Virus record (IMG/VR): IMGVR_UViG_3300037780_000034
Location: 1-64,000 of that record
Origin: a virus
Lineage: Duplodnaviria > Caudoviricetes
Strand: one strand, 5' to 3'
Length of the DNA stretch: 64,000 nt
Numbering within the stretch: position 1 is the stretch's first letter; the number at the start of each line of letters is the position of its first letter. Shown in pieces: positions 1 through 8,814 of the stretch. The notes below the pieces were generated by a model, which saw only the letters and a list, made by a program, of their open reading frames with translations, ran no database searches and was not told the origin of the DNA. Both the position numbers and the translations under genes were made by a program.

Positions 1-94
1 TTTGTTATGTAGGAAATAATTGTTGTGTAGGATATTATTCATCTTGTAGTTTATTATATTTGTTATGTAGGGAATAATTGTTGTGTAGGATATT
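1..94. repeat. 36-bp direct repeat (1-36 and 59-94, one mismatch)
   Basis: TTTGTTATGTAGG(A/G)AATAATTGTTGTGTAGGATATT read twice, 58 nt apart; truncated by window edge. Confidence 0.8.
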
Positions 95-176
95 TTCTAT
101 TATGTGTTTATTATTATGTTTGTTAAGTGTGATATTTTATTGTTAAATACTTTTATCATATAGGGAAATTTTTATT

Positions 177-1028
177 ATGCGTTATTGTGAATTATTTGAG
201 GGATTGAGTAGTATTTTATATCATTCTACGAGTATAAAAAGTGTATTGGAAATATTATCTAGTAATATGTTTAGATTGACTCCTGATTTTGGCACTAGTC
301 GTGAGACAGAATTGCGATCTAGTGATAAGATTTATTATATGAGTTTTAGTCGTAGTCGTATAAATGATTATCGTAGTTATAGTGGTGGCAGTTGTTTATT
401 AGTATTGGATGGTGATAAATTAAATCAAAGGTATAGTGGAAAGAGTGTTGATTATTGGGGTGGAAGTTTTAACAAGGATGAAATGGAAGATCGTTTATTT
501 TCCAAGGATGCATATATAGAGAATGCGGATAATTATATTCGTGAGATACATTGTTTTCCAAGATTATCATATGAGGATGACAAAAATCGTAATTTAAGTT
601 GGATTAGAAAAATATATATTATGGCCAACAGAATGAATATTTCGGTATATGTTTACAGTGATAGTAATTCGTATCGTTTATTAGATAAGAGAAAAAGTGT
701 TAAGTTAAGTTCTTTTGGTAATATTAAGAATGACTTAAAGTCTTATGTTGGTTATGGTCGGGGTCGTCGTAATTATTATGCTGGATTTATGGAATTATTG
801 TCTGATATTGATCGTGATAAATTAAGTAAGGTTGGCAAAGATTTATTATATAAAATAAGTTATGACAGTTATGGTGATGTAAAGCGTGGTTTAAGTGCAG
901 ATATTCACAATGATAGAATGGGTCGGGGTCGTGAAAATTTAGATAAGTTTTTATCTAGGTTGCAGCAATTAGGGATAAAAAATATAGATCAATTATTGGA
1001 TTATATTAAAGCAAGATATGATTTATAA
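177..1028 (+). CDS. putative virion-packaged protein, possible ADP-ribosyltransferase fold
   Basis: N-term MRYCELFE; LYHSTS..VLEILSS, SFS and EMED motifs resemble ART strands; TAAATA upstream. Confidence 0.5.
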   Translation: MRYCELFEGLSSILYHSTSIKSVLEILSSNMFRLTPDFGTSRETELRSSDKIYYMSFSRSRINDYRSYSGGSCLLVLDGDKLNQRYSGKSVDYWGGSFNKDEMEDRLFSKDAYIENADNYIREIHCFPRLSYEDDKNRNLSWIRKIYIMANRMNISVYVYSDSNSYRLLDKRKSVKLSSFGNIKNDLKSYVGYGRGRRNYYAGFMELLSDIDRDKLSKVGKDLLYKISYDSYGDVKRGLSADIHNDRMGRGRENLDKFLSRLQQLGIKNIDQLLDYIKARYDL

Positions 1029-1049
1029 TTTGATATTATCACAAGATAT

Positions 1050-1523
1050 TTAATATTCTTCTACTTTTACAATTATTGCTTTTGTTGTTAGGTATTCCCA
1101 AACATTTTCATCGTGATGTGGTATTCCATTCCAGTAATTATTTGCAGCATTTATTATTTCTGGTGAATTTATATTGTATCCTTCACTAACGAGTGCTGAT
1201 ATTTCGCTACTCCAATTAAGGTCGTGTTTTTGTATTGGTCCTAATGGTTTTAGTGTAAAGATATAATCGGTTGCGCCTCCAGCGATGTCTATATCATCTT
1301 CATTATCTACCATAAATACTGATTCTTTATGACTCAGCATATTATTTGGTTTATATTTTTCTAATATGGTATAGAAGTCTGTATTTTTCCAATCATTTTC
1401 ATAATTGTCATATCTTGGTGTTAATACTGTTCCTACTGGTAGGTTATCGAAACTTCCGTGATAATAATATTTTTGTTTTATATCTTCTTTATTATTTTCT
1501 GTTATGATTTGATTTATACGCAT
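1050..1523 (-). CDS. Arr-like ADP-ribosyltransferase fold protein
   Basis: YYHGSFDNLPVGTVLTP and IFTLKPLGPIQ resemble Arr motifs; N-term MRINQIITE. Confidence 0.55.
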   Translation of the reverse strand: MRINQIITENNKEDIKQKYYYHGSFDNLPVGTVLTPRYDNYENDWKNTDFYTILEKYKPNNMLSHKESVFMVDNEDDIDIAGGATDYIFTLKPLGPIQKHDLNWSSEISALVSEGYNINSPEIINAANNYWNGIPHHDENVWEYLTTKAIIVKVEEY

Positions 1524-1918
1524 TATTGTTCACTTTCGGGTTCATCATATATGTCAATATACTTTGTGGGATTATTTGTGAGTATAGCTGCGATTAGGTG
1601 ATGATTTCCATCTATTACGGTATTATTGGCTATAACTATTATTCTGTTATGATCGTAATTTTTTGATTTATATTTTACTAATTGTTTTTGTTCACTGTCT
1701 GCGAATTGTTTGAATGCATCTAATACGGTCATATCGTTTTTTGGTGTTTTTAATTTTTTTAATTGTTCTGGTTGCATAGTTTTTACTGTGAAAGGTATAT
1801 AGTGATCTTGTGGCGTGGTCCAATGGTATAGCATTTCGCTTTCCGTATTTAATTCATCATAATCATATAGATCATTTAGTGTTACGGTATTTTCACTTAT
1901 GATTTGATTTATTTTCAT
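1523..1918 (-). CDS. ParB/Srx-like domain protein
   Basis: IIVIANNTVIDGNHHLIAA motif; N-term MKINQIISE; AATAAATA upstream. Confidence 0.55.
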   Translation of the reverse strand: MKINQIISENTVTLNDLYDYDELNTESEMLYHWTTPQDHYIPFTVKTMQPEQLKKLKTPKNDMTVLDAFKQFADSEQKQLVKYKSKNYDHNRIIVIANNTVIDGNHHLIAAILTNNPTKYIDIYDEPESEQ

Positions 1919-1963
1919 ATTATATTATCCTATGCATATTAATATTTATTTTTAATAATACGA

Positions 1964-2242
1964 TTACGCATAATGTAATACCAATTCACATATTTGTTCT
2001 TTTGATAATTTCAGTTCAATACAATAATCAGTAAAAGAATATTCTTTACCATTTATCCACCAACTTTTTGTTCCATCTGCTTCTTCAATGGCAGGGCCAT
2101 CACTCCGATGAATTTGGCCATTATGAAACCACATTTTTGTTCCATTTGCTAGTTCAACTGCAGGACCATCACTCCGATGAAGGTTGCCATTTATATACCA
2201 CATTTTTCTTCCATCTGGATATTCAACAAGTCCATTAAGCAT
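1964..2242 (-). CDS. HRxDGPA (MORN-like) repeat protein, 2 repeats
   Basis: 23-aa repeats plus conserved tail YSFTDYCIELKLSKEQICELVLHYA. Confidence 0.85.
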   Translation of the reverse strand: MLNGLVEYPDGRKMWYINGNLHRSDGPAVELANGTKMWFHNGQIHRSDGPAIEEADGTKSWWINGKEYSFTDYCIELKLSKEQICELVLHYA

Positions 2243-2582
2243 AGGTCAATACCAATTCACATATTTGTTCTTTTGATAATTTTAATTTAATACAATAATC
2301 AGTAAAAGAATATTCTTTACCATTTATATACCACTCCTTTGTTCCATTTGCTCGTTCAACAGCAGGGCCATCACTCCGATGAAGTTTGTCATTTATATAC
2401 CACCATTTTGTTCCATCTGCTTCTTCAATAGCAGGGCCATCAATACGATGACGTTTGCCATTTATCCACCAACTTTTTGTTCCATCTGGAAATTCAATGG
2501 CAGGGCCATCAATGCGATGAAGTTGGCAATTTTGATACCACCTTTTTGTTCCATTTGTGTGTTCAACAAGTCCATTACGCAT
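2235..2582 (-). CDS. HRxDGPA repeat protein, 3 repeats
   Basis: Start reassigned to MRNGLV (ATG overlapping the upstream gene stop). Confidence 0.85.
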   Translation of the reverse strand: MRNGLVEHTNGTKRWYQNCQLHRIDGPAIEFPDGTKSWWINGKRHRIDGPAIEEADGTKWWYINDKLHRSDGPAVERANGTKEWYINGKEYSFTDYCIKLKLSKEQICELVLTYA

Positions 2583-2853
2583 AATGTAATACCAATTCAC
2601 ATATTTGTTCTTTTGATAATTTTAATTCAATGCAATAATCAGTAAAAGAATATTCTTTATCATTTATCCACCACATTTTTGTTCCATCTGGATATTCAAC
2701 TGCAGGACCATCACTCCGATGAAGGTTGCCATTTATATACCACCTTTTTGTTCCATCTGCTCGTTCAACGGCAGGGCCATCAATACGATGACGTTTGTCA
2801 TTTTGATACCACCTTTTTGTTCCATCTGGAAATTCAACAAGTCCATTACGCAT
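2575..2853 (-). CDS. HRxDGPA repeat protein, 2 repeats
   Basis: ORF track; same architecture. Confidence 0.85.
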   Translation of the reverse strand: MRNGLVEFPDGTKRWYQNDKRHRIDGPAVERADGTKRWYINGNLHRSDGPAVEYPDGTKMWWINDKEYSFTDYCIELKLSKEQICELVLHYA

Positions 2854-3331
2854 AGGTCAATACCAATTCACATATTTGTTCTTTTGATAAATTTAATTTA
2901 ATACAATAATCAATAAAAGAATATGGTTTGTCATTTATATACCACCATTTTCTTCCATCTGGATATTCAATGGCAGGACCATCACTCCGATGAAGGTTGC
3001 CATTTTGATACCACCTTTTTATTCCATCTGCTTCTTCAATGGCAGGGCCATCAATACGATGAAGGTTGCCATTTTGATACCAACATTTTGTTCCATTTGC
3101 TCGTTCAACGGCAGGGCCATCAATCCGATGAAGGTAGCCATTTATATACCACCATTTTGTTCCATCTGCTTCTTCAATAGCAGGGCCATCACTCCGATGA
3201 ATTTGGCCATTATGAAACCACATTTTTGTTCCATTTGCTAGTTCAACGGCAGGGCCATCAATACGATGACGTTTGTCATTTTGATACCACCTTTTTGTTC
3301 CATCTGGATATTCAACAAGTCCATTAAGCAT
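2846..3331 (-). CDS. HRxDGPA repeat protein, 5 repeats
   Basis: ORF track; same architecture. Confidence 0.85.
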   Translation of the reverse strand: MLNGLVEYPDGTKRWYQNDKRHRIDGPAVELANGTKMWFHNGQIHRSDGPAIEEADGTKWWYINGYLHRIDGPAVERANGTKCWYQNGNLHRIDGPAIEEADGIKRWYQNGNLHRSDGPAIEYPDGRKWWYINDKPYSFIDYCIKLNLSKEQICELVLTYA

Positions 3332-3671
3332 AGGTCAATACCAATTCACATATTTGTTCTTTTGATAAATTTAATTTAATACAATAATCAATAAAAGAAT
3401 ATGGTTTGTCATTTATAAACCACCATTTTCTTCCATCTGGATATTCAATGGCAGGACCATCACTCCGATGAAGGTTGCCATTTTGATACCACCTTTTTAT
3501 TCCATCTGCTTCTTCAATGGCAGGGCCATCAATGCGATGACGTTTGTCATTTTGATACCAAATTTTTGTTCCATCTGGATATTCAATGGCAGGACCATCA
3601 CTCCGATGAACTTGACCATTTTTATACCAAATTTTTGTTCCATCTGGAAATTCAACAAGTCCATTACGCAT
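3324..3671 (-). CDS. HRxDGPA repeat protein, 3 repeats
   Basis: Start reassigned to MRNGLV. Confidence 0.85.
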   Translation of the reverse strand: MRNGLVEFPDGTKIWYKNGQVHRSDGPAIEYPDGTKIWYQNDKRHRIDGPAIEEADGIKRWYQNGNLHRSDGPAIEYPDGRKWWFINDKPYSFIDYCIKLNLSKEQICELVLTYA

Positions 3672-4218
3672 AATGTAATACCAATTCACATATTTGTTTT
3701 TTTGATAATTTTAATTCAATGCAATAATTAGTAAAAGAATATTTTATACCATTTATAAACCAACTTTTTGTTCCATAACTATATTCAATGGCAGGTCCGT
3801 CACTCCGGTGAAGTTGGCCATTTTGATACCACATTTTTGTTCCATCTGCTTTTTCAATGGCAGGGCCATCAATGCGATGACGTTTGTCATTTATATACCA
3901 CCATTTTGTTCCATCTGGATATTCAACGGCAGGGCCATCACTCCGGTGAATTTGGCCATTTATATACCACATTTTTGTTCCATCACTATATTCAACGGCA
4001 GGACCATCTGTTTTATGAATTTTGTCATTTTGATACCAAATTTTTGTTCCATTGGGATATTCAATGGCAGGGCCATCAATACGATGAACTTGACCATTTA
4101 TATACCACTCCTTTGTTCCATTAGGATATTCAATGGCAGGGCCATCACTCCGATGATATTTGCCATTTTGATACCACCTTTTTGTTCCATCTGGAAATTC
4201 AACAAGTCCATTACGCAT
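3664..4218 (-). CDS. HRxDGPA repeat protein, 6 repeats
   Basis: Start reassigned to MRNGLV. Confidence 0.85.
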   Translation of the reverse strand: MRNGLVEFPDGTKRWYQNGKYHRSDGPAIEYPNGTKEWYINGQVHRIDGPAIEYPNGTKIWYQNDKIHKTDGPAVEYSDGTKMWYINGQIHRSDGPAVEYPDGTKWWYINDKRHRIDGPAIEKADGTKMWYQNGQLHRSDGPAIEYSYGTKSWFINGIKYSFTNYCIELKLSKKQICELVLHYA

Positions 4219-4903
4219 AATGTAATACCAATTCACATATTTGTTCTTTTGATAATTTTAATTCAATGCAATAATCAGTAAAAGAATATGGTTTGTCATT
4301 TATCCACCAACTTTTTGTTCCATAACTATATTCAATGGCAGGGCCATCACTCCGGTGAAGTTGGCCATTTATAAACCAACTTTTTGTTCCATCTGCTTCT
4401 TCAATGGCAGGGCCATCAATGCGATGAAGTTGGCCATTTTGATACCACCTTTTTGTTCCATCTGGAAATTCAATGGCAGGGCCATCAATCCGATGAAGTT
4501 TGTCATTTTGATACCACCTTTTTTTTCCATTTGGATATTCAACGGCAGGGCCATCAATGCGATGAAGTTGGCCATTTTGATACCACCTTTTTGTTCCATC
4601 TGGAAATTCAATGGCAGGGCCATCAATCCGATGAAGTTGGCCATTTTGATACCACCTTTTTGTTCCATTTGTGTGTTCAACGGCAGGGCCATCAATGCGA
4701 TGAAGTTGGCCATTTTGATACCAACTTTTTGTTCCATCTGCTAGTTCAATAGCAGGGCCATCACTCCGGTGAACTTGACCATTTATATACCACATTTTTG
4801 TTCCATCTGCTTCTTCAATGGCAGGGCCATCAATGCGATGATATTTGCCATTTTGATACCACCTTTTTGTTCCATCTGGAAATTCAACAAGTCCATTACG
4901 CAT
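4211..4903 (-). CDS. HRxDGPA repeat protein, 8 repeats
   Basis: ORF track; same architecture. Confidence 0.85.
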   Translation of the reverse strand: MRNGLVEFPDGTKRWYQNGKYHRIDGPAIEEADGTKMWYINGQVHRSDGPAIELADGTKSWYQNGQLHRIDGPAVEHTNGTKRWYQNGQLHRIDGPAIEFPDGTKRWYQNGQLHRIDGPAVEYPNGKKRWYQNDKLHRIDGPAIEFPDGTKRWYQNGQLHRIDGPAIEEADGTKSWFINGQLHRSDGPAIEYSYGTKSWWINDKPYSFTDYCIELKLSKEQICELVLHYA

Positions 4904-5243
4904 AGGTCAATACCAATTCACATATTTGTTCTTTTGATAATTTTAATTTAATACAATAATCAGTAAAAGAATATGGTTTGCCATTTATATACCACCTTTT
5001 TGTTCCATCTGCTTCTTCAATGGCAGGGCCATCACTCCGATGAATTTGGCCATTATGATACCACCTTTTTGTTCCATTAGGATATTCAATGGCAGGGCCA
5101 TCAATGCGATGAAGTTGGCCATTTTGATACCACCATTTTCTTCCATTTGTGTGTTCAACGGCAGGGCCATCAATACGATGAAGGTTGCCATTTATATACC
5201 ACCTTTTTGTTCCATCTGGAAATTCAACAAGTCCATTACGCAT
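4896..5243 (-). CDS. HRxDGPA repeat protein, 3 repeats
   Basis: ORF track; same architecture. Confidence 0.85.
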   Translation of the reverse strand: MRNGLVEFPDGTKRWYINGNLHRIDGPAVEHTNGRKWWYQNGQLHRIDGPAIEYPNGTKRWYHNGQIHRSDGPAIEEADGTKRWYINGKPYSFTDYCIKLKLSKEQICELVLTYA

Positions 5244-5646
5244 AGGTCAATACCAATTCACATATTTGTTCTTTTGATAATTTTAATTTAATACAATAAT
5301 TAGTAAAAGAATATTCTTTACCATTTATATACCAACTTTTTGTTTCATCTGGATATTCAACGGCAGGGCCATCAATGCGATGATATTTGCCATTTTGATA
5401 CCACCTTTTTGTTCCATCTGCTACTTCAATGGCAGGGCCATCATCACTCCGATGAATTTGGCCATTATGATACCACATTTTTGTTCCATTTGGATATTCA
5501 ATGGCAGGGCCATCACTCCGATGAAGGTTGCCATTTATATACCACCTTTTTGTTCCATCACTATATTCAACGGCAGGACCATCTGTCCGATGACGTTTGT
5601 CATTTTGATACCAAATTTTTGTTCCATTGGGATATTCAATCAGCAT
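5236..5646 (-). CDS. HRxDGPA repeat protein, 4 repeats (first gene of array)
   Basis: Purine-rich RBS upstream; one repeat has a one-codon insertion (SDDGP). Confidence 0.85.
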   Translation of the reverse strand: MLIEYPNGTKIWYQNDKRHRTDGPAVEYSDGTKRWYINGNLHRSDGPAIEYPNGTKMWYHNGQIHRSDDGPAIEVADGTKRWYQNGKYHRIDGPAVEYPDETKSWYINGKEYSFTNYCIKLKLSKEQICELVLTYA

Positions 5647-5671
5647 TCCTGTATATTGCCTCTATAAATCA

Positions 5672-5703
5672 CACTTTATTATACGACTGTAACCTATGTC
5701 AAG
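5672..5703 (-). promoter_or_regulatory. sigma70-like early promoter for repeat-gene array
   Basis: TTGACA followed by TATAAT/TAAAGT-like box on minus strand; spacing not canonical. Confidence 0.5.
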
Positions 5704-5721
5704 TCGAAAGTCAACAACAAC

Positions 5722-5757
5722 AAAGAGGGACCGACTAAGGCCCCTCTCTTTTTTTTA
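5722..5757 (-). terminator. intrinsic terminator
   Basis: GAGAGGGGCC-loop-GGTCCCTCTT stem with U tail after 5759..6229. Confidence 0.7.
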
Positions 5758-5758
5758 A

Positions 5759-6229
5759 CTATCCATAGAATGCTTGGTGCCAGCGATGTGCCCCGCGCCA
5801 TTGTGACTTTGGGATAGTATCAATGATAATTTCAATTATTGGTTCCAATTCTTCGCTGATATATTTGCGGCGTTGCTCTCCGCGATGCATCATATCCCAC
5901 GTTTTTGCTGACCAGTTGTCAACAGTTTGTTGGCAATTTTCTGTCAAAAGCTTGGGAATATATTGATCTGTGCGGTGTGCGAACTCAGAATCTTTAATAT
6001 AAAAATCTGCTCCGACCGGCATACAATGGTGTTGCGGATTTGTGGAAACGATAAAGGCCACCATACGCCAAACATACTGTGTTGCACCGCTTGCCTTTGT
6101 GGGGCGTGATGTGCGAAGGCGTGATGCACCTTTGCTCTTTGCAAAGCAAGGCGCAGCCAATTCCCATTGGTCTGCTGTCATCTTGGTTTGCAGTGCTTGG
6201 GTATCAATGATTGGCATCAGTGCGGGCAT
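5759..6229 (-). CDS. hypothetical phage protein
   Basis: AGGAG RBS; YVWRMVAF..S....H.CMP motif; GC-richer codons. Confidence 0.75.
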   Translation of the reverse strand: MPALMPIIDTQALQTKMTADQWELAAPCFAKSKGASRLRTSRPTKASGATQYVWRMVAFIVSTNPQHHCMPVGADFYIKDSEFAHRTDQYIPKLLTENCQQTVDNWSAKTWDMMHRGEQRRKYISEELEPIIEIIIDTIPKSQWRGAHRWHQAFYG

Positions 6230-6268
6230 TGTGCTTGTCTCCTGTCCGGTATTGGTTTCGTTGGGGAA

Positions 6269-6297
6269 TCATTACTATAATGACTCCTCAATGTCAA
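6269..6297 (-). promoter_or_regulatory. early promoter with two GANTC sites
   Basis: TTGACA-N17-TAATGA; GACTC 6282-6286 and GAATC 6266-6270. Confidence 0.55.
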
Positions 6298-6307
6298 CCG
6301 CAACATT

Positions 6308-6502
6308 TCAGAAAATTCCGCTTTCACCGATTTCAATATCTTCCATAATAATTTCCCGCACATCTTCGCTGGAAACAAATTGTTCTTCGCTGATTTCGTT
6401 CATGCTTTCAGTGTAGTCTACTTGCTTGACGATAGTTTCCACTCCGTCAATTTCAATCACAAGTTTCAGGATTACGCTATTCCACTTGTTAGGTCCGGGC
6501 AT
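6308..6502 (-). CDS. small acidic hypothetical protein
   Basis: Start reassigned to MPGPNK after CAGGAG RBS. Confidence 0.6.
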   Translation of the reverse strand: MPGPNKWNSVILKLVIEIDGVETIVKQVDYTESMNEISEEQFVSSEDVREIIMEDIEIGESGIF

Positions 6503-6650
6503 TGTGTGAGTCTCCTGTTGCCACAAAGATAAATCGGCCTTTGTCAAAGCCTGCAATATAGTGAGACTGGAACCTTTCAAAGCTTGTCCAGTCATACCAC
6601 AACAAATCCCCACTGTTGGGACATTTGAGGTATATATCACCATATTGCAT
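6489..6650 (-). CDS. 53-aa hypothetical protein (not in ORF track)
   Basis: AGGAAAC RBS, then MQYGDIYLKCPNSGDLLWYDW... to TAA at 6489. Confidence 0.55.
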   Translation of the reverse strand: MQYGDIYLKCPNSGDLLWYDWTSFERFQSHYIAGFDKGRFIFVATGDSHNART

Positions 6651-6677
6651 TTTGTGTTTCCTTTTTCTGTAGTTTGA

Positions 6678-6953
6678 TCAATTCAATTTTGTGAGATTGA
6701 TATTGTTGATGATGAATTTTGCATCATCGCCATACCAGCGAACAACACGATTTGATGTAATCGGAATATTTGTAAATTGCCGTTTGATCAATTCAAGTTC
6801 GTGACCATCGGCTTGCACCATCAGTTGTGCTTCAGCCCCAAAAATATCAGTGATATTTTCCTTGATACGACCTTCACCAACATACAGATAAACATCATAC
6901 CGATCAAGACTTGAATTTTCATATCCGACGATGAGTGCCAATTTGCGATCCAT
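6678..6953 (-). CDS. hypothetical protein
   Basis: ORF with RBS and upstream promoter. Confidence 0.7.
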   Translation of the reverse strand: MDRKLALIVGYENSSLDRYDVYLYVGEGRIKENITDIFGAEAQLMVQADGHELELIKRQFTNIPITSNRVVRWYGDDAKFIINNINLTKLN

Positions 6954-6976
6954 CCTTTGACTGGCGTGTTTATATG

Positions 6977-7008
6977 GAATCAGTATAGTAATCGTGCGCT
7001 TGTGTCAA
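6977..7008 (-). promoter_or_regulatory. early promoter, GANTC next to -10
   Basis: TTGACA 7008-7003, TATACTGATTC. Confidence 0.6.
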
Positions 7009-7083
7009 TTGTTTTTTCGTGCATTGACAATCTTTTTTTGCTATGCTATCTTATGCCAAATAGTGTATTTTTGGAGTATAATT

Positions 7084-7377
7084 ATGGAAGAAAATAATAT
7101 ACAAGAATTTAATATTGTTGATTTTGTTGGAAATAATTTATGTGTTGGTGACTGGGTTGCATTAAGTATGGAATCACAAACCGCTCTTACATATGGAAAA
7201 ATTGAAAAAATAAGTTATGGAAAAACTCAAAAAAAGATAAGTCTTCATATTAAATTAAATATATATGACAATACAATAAAACGCATCAACAAAAACTCAG
7301 TAAGAATTCGTCGTCCACATAATGTTATTAAAATTTCAAAAGAAGTATTAATTGAAAAAGTTTTATGTGACAATTAA
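7084..7377 (+). CDS. hypothetical protein
   Basis: Start reassigned to MEENN after GGAG; TTGACA-N17-TATCTT upstream. Confidence 0.65.
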   Translation: MEENNIQEFNIVDFVGNNLCVGDWVALSMESQTALTYGKIEKISYGKTQKKISLHIKLNIYDNTIKRINKNSVRIRRPHNVIKISKEVLIEKVLCDN

Positions 7378-7421
7378 CGGAAAGAAATATGTGGGGAATT
7401 TCTCCCCCCATATTTTATTTT

Positions 7422-7786
7422 TCAAAGATATTCTGTTCCAGTCCAGCGAACCCAAGAAAAATCACCATTCAAAACATTTCCACGAGCTTTGTTTCGTGCT
7501 GGTGTTTTCCAAGATGCAGCTTTCAAAATGTCTCCATATTGGAAAAGTTTATCTGAATTTGTGTTTACCACAAATCCCCATACACTGTTTCCTGTAATTA
7601 TTTTCACATATTTTTTCCAATATCAATTTTAATATTGTTGTTAAATTCTGTGATCATTGTTTTGTTGATTTCAGAAAGTTCAATCGGATCACGCCCGCGA
7701 AGTGTCCAACGATAATAGTCTTCACGAATTTTTTGCATCAGGGTGTCCAGTGCAATATTCATCTGTTGATCGTCAGTTTTCATCAT
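7422..7786 (-). pseudogene. conserved phage protein split by a -1 frameshift at an A6 run
   Basis: GGA AAA AAT ATG TGA; a -1 shift restores GKKYVKIITG..GDILKA, matching intact paralog 13115..13525. Confidence 0.65.
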
Positions 7787-7857
7787 TGTGTGATTCCTTT
7801 TGTAGTGGTTTGGCGCTGCTTTACCAAACAATACTTTATTTGTGTATGCCAGTCAAT

Positions 7858-7889
7858 AAGAAAAGAGGGACCGAAAGGCCCCTCTTTTG
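7858..7889. terminator. intrinsic terminator
   Basis: AAAAGAGGG.CC-GAAA-GGCCCCTCTTTT. Confidence 0.75.
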
Positions 7890-7907
7890 TCTCACTGAAT
7901 ATGTGAA

Positions 7908-8135
7908 TTAAAATTCATCATACAGAAAATCTTCTTCTGCTACACGTTTCCATTCGGAAACAAATTCGCCGTCATTTTCGTGATACGCGACTTCCACCAC
8001 GTCAAAACCGCCCATATCATCACGTTCGCAGTAGGTTTCTGCCCAACGGATTGCAGCTTTCAGATTGTTGGTGGTGTAGAGTTCGGTTTCGGTGTTATAG
8101 CCGTAGTCACCATAGACGGTATATTCGCGGGACAT
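7908..8135 (-). CDS. small acidic hypothetical protein
   Basis: AGGAG RBS and upstream promoter. Confidence 0.7.
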   Translation of the reverse strand: MSREYTVYGDYGYNTETELYTTNNLKAAIRWAETYCERDDMGGFDVVEVAYHENDGEFVSEWKRVAEEDFLYDEF

Positions 8136-8176
8136 TTTTTTCTCCTATCTTGTCCAAGTCTTGTTTCAGTAACATA

Positions 8177-8205
8177 CTTATATAATGCGATTCGCTTCGT
8201 GTCAA
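8177..8205 (-). promoter_or_regulatory. early promoter, GANTC in spacer
   Basis: TTGACA-N17-TATAAG; GATTC 8189-8193. Confidence 0.7.
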
Positions 8206-8240
8206 TAAAAAAGAGGGCAAATCTGCCCTCTTTTCTTTAT
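8206..8240. terminator. intrinsic terminator
   Basis: AAAAGAGGGCA-aatc-TGCCCTCTTTT. Confidence 0.75.
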
Positions 8241-8257
8241 TTATGTTCGCTCGGAAA

Positions 8258-8758
8258 TTATGCCATTTCGGCGTTGGTTTCCTGCGATTCTTCTGCGACA
8301 ATCATTGCCTCAGACGATTCGGCTTCATCAGCGGTTTCCGTGTTTCCGACATCTGCCAGTTCTGCATTGCCGCCAGCTTCATCGTCGTCAACCATCGTAT
8401 TTCCGGCAGAGGTCAGGCGATAGACCTTCATCGGACGCCCACGGCCTTCACGCGGCAGGTCAACGGCTTCCACAAGCCCCATTTCCACGAGTTGCAGCGT
8501 CAGCACGCGGGAAACAGAACCAGTTTTGTAATGGTATTCACCATCAGCCGAGTCGATGATTTTCAGGGTAGAGATCAGCTTGGCGTTGTCCGAAAAAGTT
8601 GTTGCTTTTCCGGGGCGCTTTTTCGGCGCGGCTTCGGTGGCTTCGGCTTCGGTGGCTTCGGCTTCGGTGGCTTCGGCCTCGGTGGCTTCCAGATCGGTAT
8701 CCATTTCGGCAGCGATTTCGGTGATTTGATCTTCGGTGATTTGTGCGATATCGTTCAT
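8258..8758 (-). CDS. acidic protein with central winged-helix-like domain
   Basis: LTLQLVEMGLVE..GRGRPMKVYRLT resembles a wHTH wing; EAEAT repeats. Confidence 0.6.
   Translation of the reverse strand: MNDIAQITEDQITEIAAEMDTDLEATEAEATEAEATEAEATEAAPKKRPGKATTFSDNAKLISTLKIIDSADGEYHYKTGSVSRVLTLQLVEMGLVEAVDLPREGRGRPMKVYRLTSAGNTMVDDDEAGGNAELADVGNTETADEAESSEAMIVAEESQETNAEMA
8631..8690. repeat. 4 x 15-bp coding tandem repeat
   Basis: GCTTCGGTGGCTTCG units encoding the EATEA/EAEAT repeat. Confidence 0.9.
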
Positions 8759-8814
8759 TGTGTTTCTCCTACAATGTATGTAAGGCGGGATTGCCTTGCT
8801 TCTTCGTGAGACAA

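Noticed and set aside
1964-5646. CRISPR-like pattern of conserved junctions separated by variable sequence
   Set aside because: Junctions of about 85 bp are in-frame coding sequence, the intervening parts are themselves 69-bp repeats of variable number, and no cas genes are present
1964-5646. Diversity-generating retroelement
   Set aside because: No reverse transcriptase or non-coding template repeat in the window, and the variation is not clearly adenine-restricted. An RT elsewhere in the genome cannot be excluded.
2379-5738. Plus-strand and alternate-frame ORFs over the repeat array (also 31867-32865)
   Set aside because: Shadows of the repeats lacking stops; no RBS, and the minus-strand frame has coherent starts and overlaps
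8107-8809. ORFs 8107..8301, 8243..8809 and 8260..8559
   Set aside because: They cross a terminator and promoter or are antisense to the RBS-supported 8258..8758 gene
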